Shown one piece after another: positions 44,008 to 54,359 of a stretch of 64,000 bases of DNA. Both the position numbers and the translations under genes were made by a program. Source of the DNA: Thraustochytrium aureum (taxonomy: Eukaryota); contig BLSG01000411.1 in assembly GCA_012862495.1 (NCBI GenBank), positions 236,411 through 300,410 on the forward strand, written 5' to 3'. Positions within the stretch are counted from its first letter, which is position 1; the number at the start of each line of letters is the position of its first letter. A model generated the notes under the pieces. It was not told the DNA's origin and did not search any database. It saw only the letters and a list, made by a program, of their open reading frames with translations.

Positions 44008-45971
44008 ANNNNNNNNNNNNNNNNNNNNNNNNNNNNNNNNNNNNNNNNNNNNNNNNNNNNNNNNNNNNNNNNNNNNNNNNNNNNNNNNNNNNNNNNNNNN
44101 NNNNNNNNNNNNNNNNNNNNNNNNNNNNNNNNNNNNNNNNNNNNNNNNNNNNNNNNNNNNNNNNNNNNNNNNNNNNNNNNNNNNNNNNNNNNNNNNNNNN
44201 NNNNNNNNNNNNNNNNNNNNNNNNNNNNNNNNNNNNNNNNNNNNNNNNNNNNNNNNNNNNNNNNNNNNNNNNNNNNNNNNNNNNNNNNNNNNNNNNNNNN
44301 NNNNNNNNNNNNNNNNNNNNNNNNNNNNNNNNNNNNNNNNNNNNNNNNNNNNNNNNNNNNNNNNNNNNNNNNNNNNNNNNNNNNNNNNNNNNNNNNNNNN
44401 NNNNNNNNNNNNNNNNNNNNNNNNNNNNNNNNNNNNNNNNNNNNNNNNNNNNNNNNNNNNNNNNNNNNNNNNNNNNNNNNNNNNNNNNNNNNNNNNNNNN
44501 NNNNNNNNNNNNNNNNNNNNNNNNNNNNNNNNNNNNNNNNNNNNNNNNNNNNNNNNNNNNNNNNNNNNNNNNNNNNNNNNNNNNNNNNNNNNNNNNNNNN
44601 NNNNNNNNNNNNNNNNNNNNNNNNNNNNNNNNNNNNNNNNNNNNNNNNNNNNNNNNNNNNNNNNNNNNNNNNNNNNNNNNNNNNNNNNNNNNNNNNNNNN
44701 NNNNNNNNNNNNNNNNNNNNNNNNNNNNNNNNNNNNNNNNNNNNNNNNNNNNNNNNNNNNNNNNNNNNNNNNNNNNNNNNNNNNNNNNNNNNNNNNNNNN
44801 NNNNNNNNNNNNNNNNNNNNNNNNNNNNNNNNNNNNNNNNNNNNNNNNNNNNNNNNNNNNNNNNNNNNNNNNNNNNNNNNNNNNNNNNNNNNNNNNNNNN
44901 NNNNNNNNNNNNNNNNNNNNNNNNNNNNNNNNNNNNNNNAGAGTAAGTAGTTGGAGACCGAGGAAGGCGCGGGTCGATCCGCGAGTCGGAGGCGCAGGCC
45001 GTGGTCGGGCGCACCACACCACCGTTCTTTCTTACCTCTGAAATTCGTCGAGTGTCTGTTTGTTGGAGTTTGTTGAAGTCCTACCAAGGAGGATCCGACC
45101 TACTCTTCGGCCGACGACGAAATGGGGAAACAGGTGTCCGGGGACGATTTCGTCCCGACGAATCGGGCCGCCATTTGTTCTCGTCGGCAGTGTGCTTTGC
45201 TGCCACCCAAACTCCGTGCTTCCAAAGCCCCGAGGCACCCGCTGCTCACTCTGCTCAGAGAGTCTCTTCGGCCGCTTTGGCAAGGGCCAAGAGGGCAAGC
45301 ACCCCAGTCTTCCCGCTCCACCACGATGATCGTCCACGGGATCTTCCAGACCAGCTGATTGGGCGAGGGGTCGTTCGAGGCGGGCGGCGAGCGGCTCGTA
45401 CCTTCATCACGGGCAATCGGATCCTTCACCACCGAGTCTGGCAGGACGCGCAGGATCGTGAGGGATCGCTCAAGTGAGGTGAGCCAATACTGCTTGCTAC
45501 GTCGGCTCCCAGGCGCAGGCAGAGGCCCACACCCGAGCGTAGATCTTCGGAAGTGGGCTTCGAGAGAGCCCTCGAGAAGGTGTCGGAGCTGATCGTATTG
45601 CCAACTTTTGGTAGTCCCAGCCAGCGAAACTGCGTCGCCAGGGAGTAGTACTGTGTCAAAGTGCTTTGCTCGGACAGTGCCGCTCCACGAAAAGGATGAA
45701 TTTTTTTTGATTGAAGTGGGCCACAATGCACAGAGGGCCGCGTGATGCGCACAAGATAGTGAGCGTCGTCGGAGCGGCAGCCGACCTGAACTCGAGACGA
45801 CAAGGTCTGGGCAACACAGATTCCGACAGTGCCGCAACTCGCCAGCAGTCGCCAGCAGGAACAAACGCTCGGACGCTCGGACGCTCGGACGCTCGGAGTG
45901 GAGTACTCTAGAGAACGGCAGTGTCGCGTGAGCAAGCGCCGCCGAACCGGGCTTGGCTGGCGCGGCCAAGA

Positions 45972-47318
45972 ATGAAGCAGTTTCCGATGAGGCTGTCGTG
46001 CGGCTCTGGTGTGAAAGCGATTCCTTGCCTCGTTGTCGCTGCTGTGCTGGTCACGCTCAACCCCGTCCAGCTCGCAGGGTGGCCGAACGTGCCTGATCAC
46101 GTTGTTCGCGGTGTTGGGCAAGCGCTGGCCGACGCTGGCAAGACAGTGAACGAGGGGAGGGGCACAGATTTACCCGCGACTCCAAAGCCCATCTCCTTGG
46201 ATGTAGAATCCGGACACAGCCTGAGTGGGACCGTCAACTCATCGCAGGATGAGCTAGAGGACTTCTTGCAGCCCGCGTTTCTGCGGCAATCTGCCCAACG
46301 CCGAGCGCCCCAGAAAATCGAATGGCTCCACATTCCGAAGACCGGCACGACTTTTCTGTATAGCGTACTCATGTACAAATGCGATGAGCAGATTGCTCGT
46401 TTGGCGAAGAAGAACATGTCCAACGAGGTTTCGGAGCTCGAAAAGCTCGCATTGGAGGTCAGGTCGGGCAAGAGCCTCGACTTGTGCACACGCGGACTGC
46501 GCTTTCATCACCTCCCCCTTCACGCGGGCGTCGAGCAGGGCCACAAAGGATGGCTCAGTAGCGAAAGCGTGACAATGATACGCAAGTCGCTGCCACGGGT
46601 TGCGTCAGGAATGGTCCACAAATGGCACTCGTGCCCGGAGATGCAGGCCGACCGGAGAGTGCCAAGGTCGGCAGAGGTATGCTCGATCCTTGTCAGCCCA
46701 AACTCGACTGCCGAGAGCAAGTTAGCTGCCGAGAAACTAGTGCTTAGGTATGCGGATTGCGTCTCTGCATGTAGTGTTCGAATGTTGGCCGGGCACATCT
46801 GTGGGCACAGAAGTAACAAGTCCCAACCTAATGAGATCAAGGTGCGAGAAGCTGTTACAAAGGTTGACCGACTGGCCTTTGTGGGAATCACAGAGCACTG
46901 GGCAGCGTCGACTTGTTTGTGGCAAGAGCGTTTCAAGAGGCCTTCGGGCCGTGCCTATCCAGTCGAGGACATCAACACAAAACANNNNNNNNNNNNNNNN
47001 NNNNNNNNNNNNNNNNNNNNNNNNNNNNNNNNNNNNNNNNNNNNNNNNNNNNNNNNNNNNNNNNNNNNNNNNNNNNNNNNNNNNNNNNNNNNNNNNNNNN
47101 NNNNNNNNNNNNNNNNNNNNNNNNNNNNNNNNNNNNNNNNNNNNNNNNNNNNNNNNNNNNNNNNNNNNNNNNNNNNNNNNNNNNNNNNNNNGTGTTTTGT
47201 GTGCAGCTGTGTTGGGCGACAAACGATCAAATTCCAGCCAGCGCTCTCGGACTTGCATGGGGCCAAGGAATCCGAAAGCTTAGCCAGATCATGGCCCAGC
47301 TCATTGCCGTGCTCGTGA
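45972..47318 (+). CDS. Type II membrane sulfotransferase-like protein, copy 2 (inverted paralog; spans gap; 3' end uncertain)
   Basis: Collinear with copy 1 (IEWLHIPKTGTTFLY, KSLPRVASGMVHKWHSC); also LAFVGITEHWAASTCLW, matching the sulfotransferase FVG.TE element. Confidence 0.75.
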   Translation: MKQFPMRLSCGSGVKAIPCLVVAAVLVTLNPVQLAGWPNVPDHVVRGVGQALADAGKTVNEGRGTDLPATPKPISLDVESGHSLSGTVNSSQDELEDFLQPAFLRQSAQRRAPQKIEWLHIPKTGTTFLYSVLMYKCDEQIARLAKKNMSNEVSELEKLALEVRSGKSLDLCTRGLRFHHLPLHAGVEQGHKGWLSSESVTMIRKSLPRVASGMVHKWHSCPEMQADRRVPRSAEVCSILVSPNSTAESKLAAEKLVLRYADCVSACSVRMLAGHICGHRSNKSQPNEIKVREAVTKVDRLAFVGITEHWAASTCLWQERFKRPSGRAYPVEDINTKXXXXXXXXXXXXXXXXXXXXXXXXXXXXXXXXXXXXXXXXXXXXXXXXXXXXXXXXXXXXXXXXXXXXXXCFVCSCVGRQTIKFQPALSDLHGAKESESLARSWPSSLPCS

Positions 47319-47734
47319 GGCTCAACAAGTGTACGAATGTTGCGCTCGTGAACGTAAATACCTTGGCTGAGCTGCAAAAAAAAGTCAGCGTTGCCACCGC
47401 CAAGGCTGCGGACAAAGCTTTGGAGGACAAACGCAAGATAGCCGAGCTTGAGCGCAGGCTTGCGGAAGCGCAGAGACAAGTGCAGCCGCCGCCGCAACCG
47501 CAGCCGCCGCCGCAACCGCAGCCGCCGCCGCAGCCGCAGCCGCAGCCGCAACTGCAATTCCCCCAACAGGATGCGAGCCAAATCGAATTATGGAGATTGA
47601 TGAATGGCATAAATGCGTTTGGAGGAGCCGGCTGGGGTGGTGCTGGTTGGAATGGAGGCAGGCAGTACCACACCGGGCCAAGGGGTGGGGTCTACTACAT
47701 CAACAGGAACGGAAACAGGCAGTACGTGCGCTAG
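47291..47734 (+). CDS. Small coiled-coil/PQ-repeat protein ending in a GPRGGxYYINxNGNxxYV module
   Basis: ATG 47291; coiled coil, (QPPPQP)n, C-terminal YHTGPRGGVYYINRNGNRQYVR. True start may be upstream. Confidence 0.6.
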   Translation: MAQLIAVLVRLNKCTNVALVNVNTLAELQKKVSVATAKAADKALEDKRKIAELERRLAEAQRQVQPPPQPQPPPQPQPPPQPQPQPQLQFPQQDASQIELWRLMNGINAFGGAGWGGAGWNGGRQYHTGPRGGVYYINRNGNRQYVR

Positions 47735-48395
47735 CTGCCAGCACGGTGCCCTGCCCGGCCCGCGCGCCAAAGCAAATGCAACGCCAAGCTGCAAGCATCA
47801 TCAAATGTATGTACTCTTACTCAGCACCCAAGCGGGACTCTTGCCTCCCCTTGACGGCCTAACCCTGCGTACAAAAACTGAAATGTGGGAGCTCTTACTA
47901 TACCACCCCACGCAGCCCGCAACACCAAGCAGGTTTGTGCCGATGCGGTGCGCCAGAGCCAGAGCGTTCGAGTTGGCCCATCCCAATCGATTTCACCATT
48001 TGGACCGGCCGCGTGCGCGCATGGCAGGGATGGATTCACATGCTCGCAGAGCAAACGCATGCACCCTCGCCGAAAGAACACAGCTCGGGGGGCGCGTCTG
48101 GCAACTAAACCCCTTCACTCGTCTCTTCCACGCCAGCGGAATACACTTTTGACGTCCATCGTGCAAACCACCAGCCTCCGGGATGTTGCAGAAAGTACGC
48201 CGAGCAGCCGTGCACCCACACACACCCCGCATTGCACTCGCCATTCGGGTGGCGAGGTGGGATGAGCACGTGCGAGAGGTACTCCTCAAACCCTCCAGCT
48301 GCTTGGCGTTCAACAGACCTGGCGAGGCGCGCAGCAAACGCCCATCTCCGAGTCCATCAGAGCACCAGCAGTACTGGCAGGCGCCGGGCGAAGGC

Positions 48396-48440
48396 CGACC
48401 CGCACGACCCGCACGACCCGCACGACCCGCACGACCCGCA
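48396..48440. repeat. 9-bp tandem repeat (CGACCCGCA) x5
   Basis: Directly visible upstream of the second DGK gene. Confidence 0.9.
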
Positions 48441-48559
48441 AGCCCGACTCGCAAGACGCAGAGCTAGTCGTTCGCGCCGTCTCGCGCCTCGCTGTGCGAC
48501 ACAGGTGAGGGCAGGGCAGACCCGTAGGCGCGGCTTGCTGCGTGTCAGCACGAGGCAGG

Positions 48560-50072
48560 ATGGGGGTGCATCGAGTCCAAGGCGCCCCCGGCGGCGCCTG
48601 AGCCCACGCCGCTGGGCGAGCTGGACGCGCAGGTCTTCCTGATGGTGAACGGAACGAGCGGCGGGCAAGCCTCCAAGCAGCTGCTCGAGATGGACGAGAG
48701 CGAGTTCGAGTGGACGAGCAAGAAGGGCAAGCAGGTCAAGGTGTGGGTATTTGACCTGCGAAGCAGCGATTCACGTTCAGCCGGATTCGCTCGCGTGAGC
48801 GAGGAAAGCAAGCGCGTCAAGTCTGGCGCCGGCAAAAGCGACCTGCGCGTCGTCGCATGCGGCGGGGACGGAACCGTCAAGTGGGTGATCAGCGAACTTT
48901 CCAAGGTCGACTGCCTCCACTTGCCGATCGGGGTGATCCCGTTCGGCACCGGCAACGACTTTAGCCGCGCCATGGGTTGGGGCGCCTCAGCGCCAAGCAC
49001 CCTCATCGGCAAGAAAAAGGCCGCGCTAAAGGCGCGCATGGAAGTCGTAATTGAGAGCAAGGTGGGCCCCCTTGACACCTGGCTGTGCGATATCACTGTG
49101 CGCGACGATGGCTTGTTCAAGGAGGTCAAGGACGGCAAGATCACCACGACGCACGAGGGCCAGCGCACGATCACGCACGAGTGCATCAACTACCTCAGCT
49201 GCGGCGCGGACGCCCAGATCGTGTTTGAGTTCGAGCAGAGCCGAACCAAGAGCCAGATTGGGAACAAGTGGGTCTACGTCAAGAAGGGGACGAACCAGGT
49301 TGTCAACCGGCCGCGCAAGCTGAAAAAAATGGTCGCAGCTCTCGAGGACGAGCAAGGCGAGGCAATCAAGTTTCGCAAGCGCGACCGCGTGCTAGCGTTC
49401 CTCAACATCCCGTCGTACAGTGCGGGCGCCAACATCTGGCGCCCGGGCAAGGGCCGCTACGGCACCTTCACCTCGCAGTTCGTTGGCGACAAGCGGCTTG
49501 AAGCGGTCACCGTGCACACCACCACTGACGTCGCTGTGCACATCGCCACCGGGTCCCACCTGGGGATTTTCCGCGTCGCGCAGGCGGGCGGGTACAACAT
49601 CAACTTCAAGGAGGGCTCGCACGTCTACGTTCAGGTCGACGGGGAGGCCATCAAGGCCGAAAACCTTGCCAACATCACCATTCGCCACGGCTACCAAGTC
49701 AACGTGCTGCGCAGCCCCAAGGCCAAAGCGCGCTCGAGTCCCGCGTCCAAGGCGCCGGCCAAATCTGCCACCCCCGAGCAGCTAGGCGGCGAGGTCGACG
49801 ACGCTGGAGACGTGGACGACTCGATAGTTGCGACGGTCGCCTCTGCGGCCAAAATCACCGTCATTGAAGAGGAGGGTGTTCAGTCGGACGACGAGGACGA
49901 GTCCCCCGAGGGCGCAGACGATGAGCAGCCCGACGAAGCGACGCCCGTTGCCCAAGTCACCTTTGACGAGGAGGACACTGAAGCGCTCACTAAAGCCGCT
50001 CTCATCATGCAAAAGAAGATCCGCTTGCGCGCCAAGGCAGCCCAGCCGCAAGCTGGACCTGCATCCGAATAG
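48560..50072 (+). CDS. Diacylglycerol kinase paralog 2 (apparent +1 frameshift in a G-run at codon 2)
   Basis: Same DGK motifs ([34 protein letters not shown]). Removing one G from ATGGGGGTGC gives MGCIESKAPPAAPEPTPLGELDAQVFL in frame with the 48642 ORF. Confidence 0.9.
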
Positions 50073-50559
50073 CTTAGAGTAGCCTCCGCCGCCTTTGACA
50101 AGTAGCTCGAGTGCCTTCCTTGCGGACCAAAATCTCACAACTTGGCCTTGCCCCAGCCCTGCGCGTCGACCGCTCCAGCGAGAGGCGAGGCAGCGAAGAA
50201 GGCAGGCGGTGCTGTCAGCCCTTTCTTCGTGGGTGTCCCACGGGCGCGTGACCCGAGGCCACATGAAAACCCAGCACATGTCAAAGGCAACCAAACCATC
50301 CAAGGCCGAGGCAAGCGTGCGCGAATCGCTGTCGATTCCTCGCGCCGCTGCAGCGCGCCATCGCCATCGCCAGGCACGCAAGCTCGAGCGCTAGCTAGAA
50401 TACTTGGTGTTCAATCAACTCGAGTATGTTCGTGCCCGAGCACAACGCGTCACAGACCCGAATCCGAGCAAGCCAGGCCGGCGCCACGCAGGCGCGCAGG
50501 CAGGCTGGCTGGCAGATTGGCTGGCGCGCAGGCTCGCTGGCTGGCTAGCACATAGGCGT

Positions 50560-50592
<33 letters not shown>

Positions 50593-50615
50593 CAAGCGCG
50601 CGACGAGCAGCGGCC

Positions 50616-53404
50616 ATGGAGGCAGGCAGGCAAGACGCGCCTGCACGCGCTCGCCGTGCTCCACGAAGCGTGAGTGTCGACGAAGGCACTCTTGGGGAAC
50701 AGAGCCGGCCCTCCAGGTCGGAGGGCCGCCGGCAGGCAAGCGCGCTTGGCGCCGAAGGAGACGACAGGAGGCCACAAGCTGTGTCGCCGCGCAGGGCGTA
50801 CTTGTCGCACTTTGCGCCAAAGCCGGTGGCTGGCGAGTCGCGCGAGGAGCCAGGCTTTGCGTTTCTGGCGAGGTCATGGGTGCCCGACCGGCTTGCGCCG
50901 ACCTGCTTCAAATGCGCGCGGCACTTTGGCAAGGCCTACATCTCATGGGGCCAGTCGTCGAGACACCACTGCCGCGCTTGCGGCAACTGCTTTTGCGCAA
51001 GCTGCAGCGGCAACAAAATGCAGCTGTTGTCTGGCGAGGAACCCGTCCGTGTTTGCGACGCCTGCCACCGCGCCATCTTGAATTATTTGAGCGGCGAGGT
51101 TTCAAGCAGCGGCGACAGTGTGTCGGCCGAACTCGGCGGCGGTCCTTTGTCAGTTTCGGCCCCGGATTCGAGCGGCCAAGCTGGCGCGGAGGCATGCGAC
51201 GCAGTGGAATCGAGCGAAAGCGAAGACGGAAGCGACAACTTTTCAACCAGGAGCGCTTTCGAGGAAGACGAATCGCTCTCTTCGATCCGGCGGAATCTGA
51301 TGCCCGGGGAGAGCATTGTCTCCCACTTTAGGAACGTCCGCTTCGAGTACACGTTCGGAGACATAGTTTTGACAACGTTTCAGATGATCCTGCTTGATCG
51401 CGCGGGAGACGAGGCCGCTTTGAAGCCGGCTTCCCAACCAACGCCCTACCGGCGGCCCGGGGGGGGCTCGAATTCATCGCCAATACACTTGCCCCTCATG
51501 ACGCTTGCTCGTGTCGAAATCACCCTCAACGCAGACTACGACGCTGGCCTGATGGACATTTTTTGCAAAAGCGTGCGATTTGTGCGAATCGTTGTTTTTG
51601 GCCTCGTGGCCCAACAGCGGTTCAGGGATTTTCACGAGCTCGAGCACCAGATAGTAAACCTGGCCTTCCCACCGCGTTCAACGCGATTCGAGGATCGCTT
51701 TTCGTGCCTGGTCGAACGCCGGCAGCCGCCCTCGACCGAGGAGGCCCTAACGTTCTCCGCATGCTGCCTCGACAAGCACTACGACGACTTGGACGAGTTT
51801 CGGCGCATCCTGCCGCCCTCGGAGCGTTCGTGGCGCATATCTGCCGCGAACCGGGGCTTTGCCTCTGTGACTCGTACCCGCGCTACCTGATTGTTCCGAG
51901 GGCTATAAGCGACAAGGAGCTCTTTGAGGTGGCAGACTTTCGCTCCCGGCGCCGGATCCCGGCGCTCTCCTGGCTGGACCCCGACTCTGAGGCTGCGATC
52001 GTGCGCAGCAGCCAGCCAAAGGTGGGCATTCTGCGGGGCAGGTCGAGCGCAGACGAAAAGCTACTCGCGTCGGTGGCGCTGGCTGGGGGGAGCGGTTTGG
52101 TCATCATCGACGCGAGACCTGTCGTCAACGCGACCGTGAACAAGGTCACCGTGAACGGCGGGTTCGAAGACATCGCGAGCTACAACGAAACTCTGATGCG
52201 GATGCGCGGCCGCCGCAAGCGAGGGGGGGGCGAGCTGGGCAGAGACCGGATCACGATCGAATTCATGGACTTGCAAAACACAAACACAGTCCGCGCCAGC
52301 TGGCATCGCGTCAAGCGCCTCATTGGCTACCGCCTAAAGAGGCCGCCACGGTTCCCCCCGCTGCAGCAATGTGGTGGCCCTGCTGGCCTGAACCAGCGCA
52401 GCCTGCTCGAGCACGCAGCCGACGAGGAGGACAACGTGTTCGAAATTCGCTGGCTGCAAAAGTTTGCCGAGAGCCGCTGGCACGAGCACCTCGGCTATAT
52501 TCTCAAGGCGGCCGTCAGGGTGGTGCAGATCGTCAAGACCGAGCAAAAGTCTGTCTTGGTGCACTGCTCTGATGGATGGGACCGCACAACTCAAGTCGTC
52601 TCGCTCGCGATGTTGCTCATGGACGGGCGGTACCGGACCGTTGAGGGTCTGCTGGCGCTTGTGCAAAAGGAGTGGCTGTCGTTCGGCCACCCGTTTCGCC
52701 GCCGTACGGGGACTGGCGAGCCCGCCGTCTCCGACGCTGCGCAAGAGGTCATCAAGCACAACTCGTCGCACCTAAGTGCCGTGTTTTTGCAGTTTGTCGA
52801 GTGCGTGTGGCAGATTGGCAACCAGTTTCCCACCGCGTTCGAGTTCAACGAACTTCTTTTGGTCCTCCTTCTGGACCGCCTGTACGATGCGCGCCACGGT
52901 ACGTTTCTCGTGGACTGCCGCCGAGAGGTCCAGCTTTACGGGCTATTGTCGCGCACAACATGCATACACTCTGAGGTCGCTGAACGGCGCGAACGGTTTG
53001 TCAACCCGGCCTTCGAGGCGGGCGCTGCTGGTGTTTTGTTTCCCGCCTTCAGCACCAAAGTGTTGCAGTTTTGGCAAGGGTACTACCTAAGGTTCGACGA
53101 GAGCTGCGCCGACTCGCACTCGGCGGGGGAGCGCATGGATGCTTACTCGTCAACAAAGCCTTCGAGCTTGGCGATCGATCCACTCCACCGGCGTCGCTCA
53201 CAGTTCCAGCGCACTGCGAGCACGTTGCTGGTCAGTCAGCAACTGGCCGACCACGCCTTTTGTGCCGCAATCGTCCGCGACATTGTTTCTGACGCCATCA
53301 TCGCCAGCCTCGAGCGCCGCGCCGAGCGCCTAGAGCACAGTCTTGCGGTCTTCTCTAAGCGAGCTGCGCATGAGCAAGGCGACGCCAAACCGCGAGAGGT
53401 TTGA
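50616..53404 (+). CDS. Myotubularin-family phosphoinositide 3-phosphatase with N-terminal FYVE and PH-GRAM domains (apparent 1-nt frameshift at ~51862)
   Basis: FYVE WVPD..CFKC..RHHCRACG..RVCDAC; WRISAANRGF continues in a different frame as LCDSYPRYLIVP; FRSRRRIPALSW, RSSQP, IIDARP, catalytic HCSDGWDRT, KEWLSFGHPF, QFPTAFEFNE. Confidence 0.92.
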
Positions 53405-53717
53405 CCACTTTGCTCGACCGTTGTACCACCGTGGCGTTCGCTCAGTCCTGTTTCTCTAGCTCTACTAGAGTTCTGTAGCGTCGCGGGCCCGTCGCAGTGC
53501 GACCTACTGTACCCCACTACTAGTAGTAATGTACAAACTCACGATGTTGATATTCCCCGATCTTCCTCTGTTAGACTGCTGCGGACCTCTAGGGCCACAG
53601 CGGCGGTGTCCTGTTGATGGCCGGGGCTCGGCCAGTGCAACGCCGCGTCGTTCTCAACCGTGCCCCTGAAGCAGACGCATGAAAGCCTTGGCATGAAAGC
53701 CTTGCGGCGTGACAAGA

Positions 53718-53817
53718 AACGCCCGTGACGACCTTGAGCAGCGGTCAGAGCGGCCACGTCAGAGAACGCCCGTGACGACCTTGAACAGCGATCAGAGCGG
53801 CCACGTCAGAGAACGCC
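53718..53817. repeat. 47-bp tandem duplication (two copies plus a partial third)
   Basis: AACGCCCGTGACGACCTTGAxCAGCGxTCAGAGCGGCCACGTCAGAG at 53718 and 53765. Confidence 0.9.
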
Positions 53818-54359
53818 TACGAGTAGCGCTGCCCGAGCCACCAGATGATGCCCGCAACAGGCGCAGAGGACTTGAGGTCTCGTCGCAAGGCCCTCCTCTG
53901 TCCTACGTACCCGTGGTTCTTCCGATTTCGCTGTTCTTGCCCTCCGCGCTTGCCTTCCGCGCCGCACACATTTGGCGGCCTGCGATGCAGCAGCAGCAGC
54001 AGCAGCAGCAGCAGCGCGGGTTACCATGCATGTGTTGCCAGGAAAGCTGATGCGGAAGCCCTGTCGGGATAGAGCGTGTTGGGGGCAGCGGCGCGGCATT
54101 CATTCCTTTCTCGTAAACTTCCGTACTCTACTCAGCGTCCTCTTTTTCAAGTCCAACTCCTGCGCGACCAAGACGCTCAACGTCTTCACACGGAGCACCA
54201 GAAGGGAACGTTGAGGCCGTACGAGGCGATCGGCCCGTTCGGAGGTGTCAAAAGGCTGTTTGCTGCATCAGTCACGGTTCGACGAGCGCCGCAGTGCCCG
54301 AAGTGAACCCATCTCGGCGAGCACGACGCGCGGCAAAAGCCGCAGGGCCAGGCGCAAGC

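Noticed and set aside
43661..45087. ORFs of 350-450 aa spanning N-runs (also 57436-58572 and 39535-41112)
   Set aside because: Artefacts of translating assembly gaps.
44940..45720. Unique segment between the duplicated blocks as a decayed retroelement or gene
   Set aside because: No protease, RT, integrase or transposase motif could be identified in any frame; left unannotated.
53718..53817. 47-bp repeats as a CRISPR array
   Set aside because: Head-to-tail tandem copies with no unique spacers.
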